This document shows, piece by piece, positions 17,836 to 26,306 of a DNA stretch of 64,000 nucleotides (its first letter is position 1; every line of letters starts with the position of its first letter). This stretch comes from Eubacteriales bacterium (GTDB lineage: Bacteria; Bacillota; Clostridia; Oscillospirales; CAG-272). The translations under genes and the position numbers were made by a program. Location: contig JBGVPV010000049.1 of NCBI GenBank assembly GCA_045127215.1, forward strand, positions 230-64,229, read 5' to 3'. The notes under the pieces are model-generated. The model was not told where the DNA came from. It saw nothing but the letters and a program-made list of their open reading frames with translations, and made no database searches.

Positions 17836-18357
17836 TTACTTATTAAGCATCTTCCGAAGCAATCTGCTAAGCTTAAATAACGCAGGAATAAGCGCAACGG
17901 AAACGGGGATGAGTAATGCGTATTCGGGCAGGCGGTAAATAAACCAACCCCAATAGCTCTTTGAAGAATAAAGCCAGCTTACCCACGCCGTATTTACAAA
18001 AAGTCCGAGAACTATACAGTTGAAAAGCACGGGAGGAAGAATATTTTTAAAGAACCCGAGCTTTTCTCTTTTATAGAGAAACAAGCCGTATATCATTCCC
18101 ATAAGAAAAGCACTTACGGTAAATCCCGGATGATACGGTCCGATCGGAAAAAGCAGGGCGCCGATAAGATCGGCAAGTCCGTATATCACCCCTGCCCTGA
18201 CGCCGCCAAAAAGCAACGCCGCAATAACGATAGGCACGGAGCTGAATCCTATTTTAAGTCCCATCGTATTGATGGAAAGAAACCTGTTGAGTACCACCTC
18301 AATAGCAATAAGCATTGCCGAAAAGCATATAGTCTTCAGTTTTGAATAATTTTTCAT
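17836..18357 (-). CDS. folT: ECF transporter S component for folate (FolT)
   Basis: About 173 aa with 5-6 TM spans. It is preceded by a THF riboswitch and followed by folC. ATG at 18357 with GGAGG 8 nt upstream. Confidence 0.85.
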   Translation of the reverse strand: MKNYSKLKTICFSAMLIAIEVVLNRFLSINTMGLKIGFSSVPIVIAALLFGGVRAGVIYGLADLIGALLFPIGPYHPGFTVSAFLMGMIYGLFLYKREKLGFFKNILPPVLFNCIVLGLFVNTAWVSWLYSSKSYWGWFIYRLPEYALLIPVSVALIPALFKLSRLLRKMLNK

Positions 18358-18430
18358 CAAAAAAATCCTCCTTTACCTCAACTTGCATAAGGCGCGAGGA
18401 AAAGAAGGAAAATTCCATCCTGAGCCGTAT

Positions 18431-18533
18431 GAAGCGGGATGCAGAGCGGGGGCCGCAAACCGCGAGTGCGGTTTTTCGTCCTGTGGGCAACTCCCCGTCC
18501 CACAAGCACTTAACGCCTGAGCTCTTACTCTTC
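18431..18533 (-). promoter_or_regulatory. THF (tetrahydrofolate) riboswitch aptamer
   Basis: Minus-strand RNA: GAAGAGUAAGAGCUCAGGCGUUAAGUGCUUGUGGGACGGGGAGUUGCCCACAGGACGAAAAACCGCACUCGCGGUUUGCGGCCCCCGCUCUGCAUCCCGCUUC. It carries the blocks AGAGUA, GCGUUAAGUG, GGGA, CACA..CGAA, GCGG and GCAUCC-GCU, with P1 GAAG/CUUC. This matches the folT-motif consensus as I recall it from the E. siraeum structure construct. Confidence 0.85.
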
Positions 18534-18571
18534 TACAACATATTCGCAGATATCTCATCCATACGAATATA

Positions 18572-18600
18572 TTATATCATTATAATACCCCGAGGTCAAT
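18572..18600 (-). promoter_or_regulatory. SigA-type promoter of the THF riboswitch-folT-folC unit
   Basis: Minus strand: TTGACC (18595..18600), 17 nt, TGATATAAT with -10 at 18572..18577. Confidence 0.6.
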
Positions 18601-18662
18601 ATTTTTTTGATATTTTCTCCTCATATTAATACTAATATGCGCCAAAATATTACAAAATTCAG

Positions 18663-18691
18663 TTGACATTCTCACCTTTGTGTGATACAAT
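18663..18691 (+). promoter_or_regulatory. SigA-type promoter of glyQS
   Basis: TTGACA (18663..18668), 17 nt, TGATACAAT with -10 at 18686..18691. Confidence 0.6.
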
Positions 18692-18730
18692 ATGGTGTAA
18701 AAGTATTTTATCTAAAAGGAAGGATATAAA

Positions 18731-20128
18731 ATGAACAATACAGATAAGACTATGGACAAGATAGTTGCCCTTTGTAAAAACAGAGGCTTTATTTTCCCCG
18801 GCTCTGAAATATACGGCGGTCTTGCTAACTCCTGGGACTACGGCCCCCTCGGCGTTGAGTTCAAGAACAACGTAAAGAAGGCTTGGTGGAAGAAGTTCGT
18901 TCAGGAATGCAAATATAACGTAGGTCTTGACAGCGCGATCATTATGAACCCTCAGACCTGGGTGGCTTCCGGTCACGTTGGCGGATTCTCCGATCCCCTT
19001 ATGGACTGCAAGAGCTGTAAGACCCGTCACCGCGCAGACAAGCTCATTGAGGATTACGTATACGAGAACGGCCTTGAGGACAATCCTGCTGGCTGGACCT
19101 TTGCCGAGATGGCTACTTATATCAAGGAAAAAGGTATCGTTTGCCCCGATTGCGGCAGCGCAGACTTTACCGACATTAAGAAATTCAACCTTATGTTCAA
19201 GACGTATCAGGGCGTTACCGAGGACTCCTCTACCGAGCTTTATCTCCGTCCTGAGACTGCTCAGGGTATCTTCGTGGATTTCGCTAACATCCAGCGTTCC
19301 GCAAGAAAGAAGCTTCCCTTTGGCGTTTGCCAGATAGGTAAGTCCTTCCGTAACGAGATCACCCCCGGTAACTTCACTTTCCGTACACGTGAGTTTGAGC
19401 AGATGGAGCTTGAATTCTTCTGCAAGCCCGGAACTGATCTTGAGTGGTTCAACTTCTGGAAGGAATACTGCAGAAAGTGGCTTATCGACCTCGGAATGAG
19501 AGAGGAAAACCTCAAGCTCCGCGATCACAGTGCTGAAGAGCTTTGCTTCTATTCCAAGGCTACTACTGACTTCGAGTTCCTCTTCCCGTTTGGTTGGGGC
19601 GAGCTTTGGGGTGTTGCGGACAGAACCGACTACGACCTCAAGCAGCACGCTGAGCACAGCGGTAAGGATATGATGTATTTCGATCCCGAGACAAACGAAA
19701 AGTACGTTCCTTACGTAGTTGAGCCTTCTCTCGGGGCTGACCGTGTGGCTCTCGCATTTTTGGTTGACGCTTACGACGAGGAGATCGTTGATCCCGAGAA
19801 GAATGACGTGCGTGTGGTTCTCCACCTGCATCCGTTCCTCGCTCCTTTCAAGGTTGCGGTGCTTCCCCTTTCCAAGAAGCTCTCTGAGGGCGCTGAGGCT
19901 GTATTCGACGAGCTTTCCAAGCACTTCAACGCAGATTACGACGAGGCAGGCTCTATCGGTAAGAGATATCGCCGTCAGGACGAAATCGGTACTCCCCTTT
20001 GCGTTACCTACGACTTCGACTCTGAGGTTGACGGTTGCGTAACAGTCCGTGACAGAGATACCATGGAACAGGTAAGAATTCCGATCGGAGAGCTCAAGTC
20101 TTATATTGAAGCTAAGATCGCATTCTGA
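18731..20128 (+). CDS. glyQS: Glycine--tRNA ligase (homodimeric class II type)
   Basis: 465 aa. N-terminus [31 protein letters not shown], class II motifs and an anticodon-binding C-terminus. Confidence 0.95.
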   Translation: MNNTDKTMDKIVALCKNRGFIFPGSEIYGGLANSWDYGPLGVEFKNNVKKAWWKKFVQECKYNVGLDSAIIMNPQTWVASGHVGGFSDPLMDCKSCKTRHRADKLIEDYVYENGLEDNPAGWTFAEMATYIKEKGIVCPDCGSADFTDIKKFNLMFKTYQGVTEDSSTELYLRPETAQGIFVDFANIQRSARKKLPFGVCQIGKSFRNEITPGNFTFRTREFEQMELEFFCKPGTDLEWFNFWKEYCRKWLIDLGMREENLKLRDHSAEELCFYSKATTDFEFLFPFGWGELWGVADRTDYDLKQHAEHSGKDMMYFDPETNEKYVPYVVEPSLGADRVALAFLVDAYDEEIVDPEKNDVRVVLHLHPFLAPFKVAVLPLSKKLSEGAEAVFDELSKHFNADYDEAGSIGKRYRRQDEIGTPLCVTYDFDSEVDGCVTVRDRDTMEQVRIPIGELKSYIEAKIAF

Positions 20129-20150
20129 TTAAATTATAATAAAGCTGAAA

Positions 20151-20188
20151 AAGTCTTGAATCCTTTAAAGATTCAAGACTTTCAATTT
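20151..20188 (+). terminator. Intrinsic terminator of glyQS
   Basis: AGTCTTGAATC pairs with GATTCAAGACT, followed by TTTCAATTT. Confidence 0.65.
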
Positions 20189-20217
20189 GCAAAAAAATAT
20201 TTTTTACATAAATAATA

Positions 20218-21504
20218 ATGAAAATGAAAGTATTTAATCCTAAAATCATATCATCATTCAAAGACTATAATTCACAAAAGCTACTCAGCGACGTCGTCGC
20301 GGGAATTATAGTAGCGATAATAGCACTTCCCCTTTCTATCGCGTTGGCAATTGCATCGGGAGCGTCTCCCGCACAAGGACTTTACACCGCTATCGTTGCG
20401 GGCTTTACAATATCACTTCTCGGTGGAAGCCGAGTAAATATTTCAGGTCCTACCGCCGCATTCGCAACTATCGTTGCGGGAGTCATCGCCACAAACGGCT
20501 TTGACGGCTTGATAATCGCCACGGTCATGGCGGGAATTATTCTTATCCTTCTCGGACTTTGCCGTGCGGGAAGTCTTATAAGATTTATGCCCGTCACCAT
20601 AACCATCGGATTTACCGCGGGCGTTGCGGTAACCATACTTATCGGACAGATAAAGGACTTTCTCGGACTTAGCTTTGGCGGCGAATCACCCGTTGAGGCA
20701 GGAGAAAAGCTGATCGCGATAATTAAGAACTTCGGAACTGCCGACATTGGCGCATTCATCATAGGTGCTATCGGTCTTGCCGTTCTTATATGCTGGAATA
20801 TTCTCGGAAGCAAGCTGAACTCCCCCGTGGGCGCTGTAATGAGAAAGATACCGTCCTCGATAATAGCGGTAATCGTCGGAATACTTATAGTATCTCTCTC
20901 CCCCTTGAAGTCCGCCACCATCGGCTCACTCTATCCCGATCTCTCGGCTACCCTGCCGAAATTCTCGCTCCCCTCATTCAACGCGGATACGGTAATCGCA
21001 GTCATTCCCGACGCCATTACGATCGCGTTGCTTGCGGCAATAGAATCCCTGCTCTCCTGTGTCGTATCCGACAATATGATAAACGACAAGCACAATTCCA
21101 ATACCGAGCTTATAGCGCAGGGACTTGGTAACGTATGCTCGGGAATGTTTGGCGGAATCCCCGCGACAGGCGCGATCGCAAGAACTGCGGCAAACGTTAA
21201 AAACGGCGGCAGAACTCCCATAGCGGGTATGGTACACGCGCTTGTTCTTCTGCTTTTCCTTGCGGTACTTATGCCCGTGGCAAAGCTGATTCCCATGCCC
21301 ATCATCGCGGCTATTCTCTTCATAGTTGCTTACAATATGAGTGAATGGCGCTCAGTTGTAAAGATATGCAAAACTAAGAACATCGCCGATATTATCGTAC
21401 TGTTTACAACATTTGCACTTACAGTTGCCATCAATCTCGTTGTGGCTATTGTAGTTGGCATAGTACTTACGGTTATATTCAAATTATTCTCACGCAACAA
21501 ATAA
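20218..21504 (+). CDS. SulP-family anion transporter, transmembrane core only
   Basis: 428 aa. SulP N-terminal blocks DVVAGIIVAIIALPLSIALAIASG and GGSRVNISGPTAA. I see no C-terminal STAS-like soluble domain. Confidence 0.85.
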   Translation: MKMKVFNPKIISSFKDYNSQKLLSDVVAGIIVAIIALPLSIALAIASGASPAQGLYTAIVAGFTISLLGGSRVNISGPTAAFATIVAGVIATNGFDGLIIATVMAGIILILLGLCRAGSLIRFMPVTITIGFTAGVAVTILIGQIKDFLGLSFGGESPVEAGEKLIAIIKNFGTADIGAFIIGAIGLAVLICWNILGSKLNSPVGAVMRKIPSSIIAVIVGILIVSLSPLKSATIGSLYPDLSATLPKFSLPSFNADTVIAVIPDAITIALLAAIESLLSCVVSDNMINDKHNSNTELIAQGLGNVCSGMFGGIPATGAIARTAANVKNGGRTPIAGMVHALVLLLFLAVLMPVAKLIPMPIIAAILFIVAYNMSEWRSVVKICKTKNIADIIVLFTTFALTVAINLVVAIVVGIVLTVIFKLFSRNK

Positions 21505-21530
21505 AAACACAGTAATAAATAATAACTAAA

Positions 21531-21582
21531 CAAAAAACTACCCCCCGACAGATTCTATAAAATCCGTCGGGGGTAGTTTTAT
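21531..21582. terminator. Bidirectional intrinsic terminator
   Basis: CTACCCCCCGAC (21538..21549) pairs with GTCGGGGGTAG (21566..21576), with an A-run before and a T-run after. Confidence 0.75.
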
Positions 21583-21594
21583 TCTATTTACATA

Positions 21595-22341
21595 TTACTC
21601 TTCAACGAAACCGAAGAACTGTTCCTCCGTAGGTAAGTCATTGCTGCGAGTCTGCTTTAAATACTCGTAATATTCATAGAGAAATACACGTACTTCTACT
21701 CCTGTATCATTCTTGCATGCGTAGACATAGTAGTAATTAACACCGCCTATATTCACACCGGATTCACCCTCAATGCGAATTGAGTCATACTCTGCCATGA
21801 TAATAGACGGCTCGGAATCAACAGCGTGTGTCCAATAGTTGGGAATGAAATCTCCATTTTTATCATACTCAGGAATAATAGTCATTCCGTCCCGCTTGAA
21901 TTTATAGAAAATATTTGCGTCATTCGCATGATTCAACATTGGAGGTCTATCCCAACGACTAACAACAGGATAAAGAACCTGCTTCCCCGTTTCATTCTGA
22001 TATTTCTGAATGTCGTTATATTTCTCGAGGGTTATATCACAATATCTAAATCCCGCACCATAATAAGGATTCAGTTTAAGATTAGTATATATCTGCCGTT
22101 CTGAATCATACGAGTAATCTATCACCGGATTCCATCCTGTTTCTTGAAAAATGGCACGGAAACGAGTCATATACCATTCACTACAAGTATCTACTGTAAC
22201 GATTTTCTCGGATGATTCTTTCTCGGACGATTCTTTCTCGGATTTCTCATCATTAAAAAATTCGATGCAGGAACATCCCGGGAATATAAAAAATGAAAGC
22301 ACAAGTACAAGAGAAAATAATCGAGTTACAATACTTTTCAT
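21595..22341 (-). CDS. Hypothetical lipoprotein, compositionally atypical (AT-rich)
   Basis: ATG at 22341 with GGAGG 5-6 nt upstream. Signal peptide MKSIVTRLFSLVLVLSFFIFPGCSC (lipobox), then a (SEKES)n linker. I recognise no family motif. Confidence 0.7.
   Translation of the reverse strand: MKSIVTRLFSLVLVLSFFIFPGCSCIEFFNDEKSEKESSEKESSEKIVTVDTCSEWYMTRFRAIFQETGWNPVIDYSYDSERQIYTNLKLNPYYGAGFRYCDITLEKYNDIQKYQNETGKQVLYPVVSRWDRPPMLNHANDANIFYKFKRDGMTIIPEYDKNGDFIPNYWTHAVDSEPSIIMAEYDSIRIEGESGVNIGGVNYYYVYACKNDTGVEVRVFLYEYYEYLKQTRSNDLPTEEQFFGFVEE
22205..22248. repeat. 15-nt tandem repeat, about 2.9 copies, inside the lipoprotein gene
   Basis: TTCTCGGATGATTCT / TTCTCGGACGATTCT / TTCTCGGATTTCTC. It encodes SEKESSEKESSEK on the minus strand. 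Confidence 0.85.
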
Positions 22342-22377
22342 AAAAACCTCCACGATTTTTATATAATCCTTTTTTAC

Positions 22378-23715
22378 TTATTTACCTGCTACGCTCATCT
22401 CGGAAATAAGCACGTCGGGAGCGCCAAATACGGTAAAGCCACCGGGGATACCGAAGTGAACGTCATTTGCCATATCCTCAATGCTCTTAAGCATCTCAAA
22501 GAAGTTGCCCGCAACGGTAAAGCCCTTTGCGTAAGCCTGCTTCTTGCCATCCTTTACGATATATCCCGCGCTCTCAAGCGAGAAGTCGCCCGTTACGGCG
22601 CTTGCGCCTGCGTGCATACCCTTAAGCTCGGTAACGTAAATACCGTCGCCCATCTTCGCAAGCAGCTCGTCCTCACTCAGCTCTCCGCCCTTGATATAGA
22701 AGGTAAAGGGAGCGATGTTTACCTGCTGTGCATAGCTTGCTCTCTGTCCGTTTGCGGTAGACTTTACGCCTGCCTTGTGCGCACTTGCGAGGTCATAAAG
22801 CAAGGTCTTCAGCACTCCGTTCTCAACTACGTTCTTGGTATAGGTTGCAACGCCCTCACCGTCAAACGAGGTCTGAACCATACTGCCCTCATAAAGCGCG
22901 TCGTCAACGATAGTCACCTTTTCGGAAGCAATCTCCTGTCCTTCCTTGCCTGCAAGCAAGGACATTCCGAGAAGCGCCTGCTTACCGGAGAATATAGAGC
23001 TGAAGGTTGCAAGCATTGAACGCATCTGAGAACCGCACAAAATTACCTTATACTTGCCGGACTCAACAGTTGTACTGCCGATCTTGGAAAGTGCACCCTC
23101 AAGTGCCTTTTTGGAAAGCTCCTCAGTATTGTCATAACCGAGCGCAAACTCAAATTCCTCTGCGGGCTCGCCGTCCTTATTAATAACGGCTACCGCATAC
23201 GCACCGCCAAGAGATACGGTATTGGAAAGCTCAAGACCCTTGGAGTTTACAAGCTCATAACGGTCAGTACCTGCAAATACGCTGGACTGAGTTCCGTCTG
23301 TAACAAACTCACTTCCCGCATAGGTTCTTGCCTGAATATCAAGCGCAAGCTTTCTTATCTCTGCCGCGCCGGGCATATCAAAAGCAGGCTTTTCGCATAC
23401 GGCGTACTCCTCAGAACCGCCGTAAATAATAGCAAGATCATCGTTCTCAATAACAGCCGCGTTATCCATAGCGCGCTTTACAAGAGATCTGAGCTCATCC
23501 TCAGTGAAAAGCTCGGTTGCCGCCACACCGTTGTGACCGCCAACTATACAGCGGAAGCTGATTCCCGCGCCTGAACCACTTGCAAAGGATGAAAGCTCAT
23601 CCTTGAGAGTTTCTGCGCTGATAGAGGAGCTCTGAGTGAAGTATATCTCGTAATCCTCAAGTCCGCATTTTACCGCTTCATCTATAAGTATTTTCTTTAC
23701 TGCATCAAAATTCAT
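22378..23715 (-). CDS. pmbA: PmbA/TldE-family metalloprotease subunit
   Basis: 445 aa of the TldD/PmbA fold without the HExxxH motif. It lies immediately downstream of tldD with a 1-nt gap. Confidence 0.85.
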   Translation of the reverse strand: MNFDAVKKILIDEAVKCGLEDYEIYFTQSSSISAETLKDELSSFASGSGAGISFRCIVGGHNGVAATELFTEDELRSLVKRAMDNAAVIENDDLAIIYGGSEEYAVCEKPAFDMPGAAEIRKLALDIQARTYAGSEFVTDGTQSSVFAGTDRYELVNSKGLELSNTVSLGGAYAVAVINKDGEPAEEFEFALGYDNTEELSKKALEGALSKIGSTTVESGKYKVILCGSQMRSMLATFSSIFSGKQALLGMSLLAGKEGQEIASEKVTIVDDALYEGSMVQTSFDGEGVATYTKNVVENGVLKTLLYDLASAHKAGVKSTANGQRASYAQQVNIAPFTFYIKGGELSEDELLAKMGDGIYVTELKGMHAGASAVTGDFSLESAGYIVKDGKKQAYAKGFTVAGNFFEMLKSIEDMANDVHFGIPGGFTVFGAPDVLISEMSVAGK

Positions 23716-23716
23716 C

Positions 23717-25096
23717 TTATCTACCTCCCACAGTTATCTTACCAACTCTGATAAGGGGCTGTCCTACGTTGGTGGGTACGCTACCGCTGGCAGAGCCACA
23801 CATACCCTGACCGCACTCAAGATTCTGACCGACCATATCGATGTCGCGAAGGATCTGAGAACCTGTGCCGATAAGAGACGCACCTCTTACAGCCTCGCAG
23901 ATCTTACCGTTACGTACGATATAACCTTCCTTAACAGCAAAGTTAAATGCACCCGTAAGCGGATTTACAGAACCACCGCCCATTGCCTTTGCATAAAGTC
24001 CGTACTCAATAGACGCGATAATATCCTCGTTCTTATCAGGGCCGTTATCGATAAAGGTATTTGTCATACGGGAAGTAGGCTCGTAGGAATATCCCTGTCT
24101 GCGGCTGTTACCCGTCATAGGCATTCCCATTCTGCGAGAACCGAGACGGTCAACCATATAGCTCTTAAGCACACCGTTTTCGATAAGTACGTTTCTCTGG
24201 CTGGGGTTTCCTTCGTCGTCGATATTGATAGATCCCCAAGCGTTCGGTATAGTTCCGTCGTCAATAGCGGTAACCTTGGGGTTTGCTATCTGCTGACCGA
24301 GCTTTCCGCACATCTCGGACATGCCAACGCCTACCTGAGTTGCCTCAAGAGAGTGTCCGCAAGCCTCATGGAAAATTACTCCGCCAAAGCCGTTTTCAAT
24401 AGCAACGGTCATCTGTCCTGCGGGACAGTAATCTGCGCGCAGATTTACCATTGCCTGTCTTGCCGCCTCGATACCAACTGTCTTGGGATCAAGGAATTCG
24501 AACATTTCAAGTCCCATTGCATATCCGGGGCCTGTAAAGCCTGCCTGATTTTCTCCCGCATCGGAAGCAACCGTGCTGATGGCAAGTCTTGTGCGAACGT
24601 GTCTATCCTGCTTAAAGAGTCCCTCACTGTTAGCTACGAGTATCTCGTGGTCAACACCCATAAGAGCGCCCTGCACCTGAGATATCTTCTCATCATACTG
24701 CTTGGCAGAGACGCACGCGCTTCTGAGAATATCAGTTCTCATGCGCATATCCGCGCTTGTGGGGTTGATTCTGATAGGATGCACGTTGGGAACTATCGCT
24801 CTTGTGAGCACGATATTTGCGTTATTTTTAGCGCTTCCGAGTATTTCTGCCGCGTTCTTAGCCGCCGCCAGAAGTCCCTCTCGGGAGAGATCCGTAGTAG
24901 TTGCATACACGGTCTTCTGTCCGAGGAATACTCGTATTCCCACGCCTGAGTAAGTGTTATCCCCTACTCTGTCCACTTTTCCGTCCACAAAGCTCAGATT
25001 ATTGTTTCGCGTATTTTCTGCGTATATTTCCGCAAAATCGCCGCCCGTGGACAGCGCCACGCCCAAAACTTCTTCAAGAATGCTCTGTTCGATCAT
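23717..25096 (-). CDS. tldD: TldD metalloprotease
   Basis: Contains HEACGHSLE (HExxxH). The ATG at 25096 has GGAGG 8 nt upstream and is preferred over 25111. Confidence 0.9.
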   Translation of the reverse strand: MIEQSILEEVLGVALSTGGDFAEIYAENTRNNNLSFVDGKVDRVGDNTYSGVGIRVFLGQKTVYATTTDLSREGLLAAAKNAAEILGSAKNNANIVLTRAIVPNVHPIRINPTSADMRMRTDILRSACVSAKQYDEKISQVQGALMGVDHEILVANSEGLFKQDRHVRTRLAISTVASDAGENQAGFTGPGYAMGLEMFEFLDPKTVGIEAARQAMVNLRADYCPAGQMTVAIENGFGGVIFHEACGHSLEATQVGVGMSEMCGKLGQQIANPKVTAIDDGTIPNAWGSINIDDEGNPSQRNVLIENGVLKSYMVDRLGSRRMGMPMTGNSRRQGYSYEPTSRMTNTFIDNGPDKNEDIIASIEYGLYAKAMGGGSVNPLTGAFNFAVKEGYIVRNGKICEAVRGASLIGTGSQILRDIDMVGQNLECGQGMCGSASGSVPTNVGQPLIRVGKITVGGR

Positions 25097-25138
25097 TGTT
25101 TTGTCCTCCATTTTATATTTTAAAATATTTAATCGTTC

Positions 25139-26284
25139 TCAATCCTGACTTCTCTCGCCGAGTATATTTCTGTACTTCTGATAGAAGCTCTCAAAATATC
25201 CGCCTTCAAGCGCCTCTCTGATCTTTCTTGTAAGATTATTATAGAAATACAAGTTATGCGCAACCGCAAGACGCATTCCGAGAGATTCCTTCGCCTTGAT
25301 AAGATGACGAACGTAAGAACGGCTGTAATTACGACACGCGGGACAACCGCAGTTCTCGTCAAACGGACGGGGATCGCGCGCATACTTCTCATTGAGAAGA
25401 TTCATCTTACCGTGCCAGGTAAAGAGATTTCCGTGTCTTGCGTTACGGCTGGGCATTACGCAGTCAAAGAAATCAACACCCATATGAACTGCCTCGAGTA
25501 TATTACAAGGAGTTCCTACACCCATAAGGTATCTGGGCTTATCCTTCGGCATGTGAGGCTCTACTATATCTATAATACGGTACATCTCCTCGGTATCCTC
25601 GCCAACAGCAAGTCCACCGATAGCGTATCCGGGAAGATCAAGCTCGGCGATCGCATGCATGTGCTCAATACGAAGATCATCGTAAGTTCCACCCTGATTT
25701 ATACCAAACAAGAGCTGATCCTTATTTATAGTCTCAGGCAAGGAGTTGAGTCTCTCCATCTCCGCCTTACATCTGTAAAGCCATCTGACAGTTCTGTCGC
25801 AGGAATCCTTAACGTATTTATAAGGCGCGGGATTTTCAATGCACTCGTCAAACGCCATCGCGATGGTAGACGCAAGATTGGACTGTATCTGCATACTCTC
25901 CTCAGGACCCATAAATATACGCTTACCGTCTATGTGAGAGGCAAATCTGACGCCCTCCTCGGTAATTTTGCGGAGCGAGGACAACGAGAACACCTGAAAT
26001 CCACCGCTATCGGTAAGTATCGGACCCTCCCAGTTCATAAACTTATGAAGTCCGCCCATATCGTGTATCAATTTGTCACCCGGACGCAAATGCAGGTGAT
26101 AAGTATTGGAAAGCTCTACCTGACAGTCTATATCGACAAGCTCCCTCGTAGATACTCCACCCTTAATAGCGGCACACGTTCCAACGTTCATAAATACGGG
26201 AGTCTGTATATCTCCGTGAACGGTATGCAAAACTCCTCTTCTGGCTCTGCCGTCAGTAGCCAGCACTTCAAATCTCTTTTCCAC
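25139..26284 (-). CDS. tgt: Queuine tRNA-ribosyltransferase
   Basis: 381 aa. LTDSGGFQV, GLAVGE, and the zinc site CxCxxC...H (CGCPACRNYSRSYVRH). Confidence 0.95.
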   Translation of the reverse strand: MEKRFEVLATDGRARRGVLHTVHGDIQTPVFMNVGTCAAIKGGVSTRELVDIDCQVELSNTYHLHLRPGDKLIHDMGGLHKFMNWEGPILTDSGGFQVFSLSSLRKITEEGVRFASHIDGKRIFMGPEESMQIQSNLASTIAMAFDECIENPAPYKYVKDSCDRTVRWLYRCKAEMERLNSLPETINKDQLLFGINQGGTYDDLRIEHMHAIAELDLPGYAIGGLAVGEDTEEMYRIIDIVEPHMPKDKPRYLMGVGTPCNILEAVHMGVDFFDCVMPSRNARHGNLFTWHGKMNLLNEKYARDPRPFDENCGCPACRNYSRSYVRHLIKAKESLGMRLAVAHNLYFYNNLTRKIREALEGGYFESFYQKYRNILGERSQD

Positions 26285-26306
26285 TTTTTATATAACCTCT
26301 GTAAAA

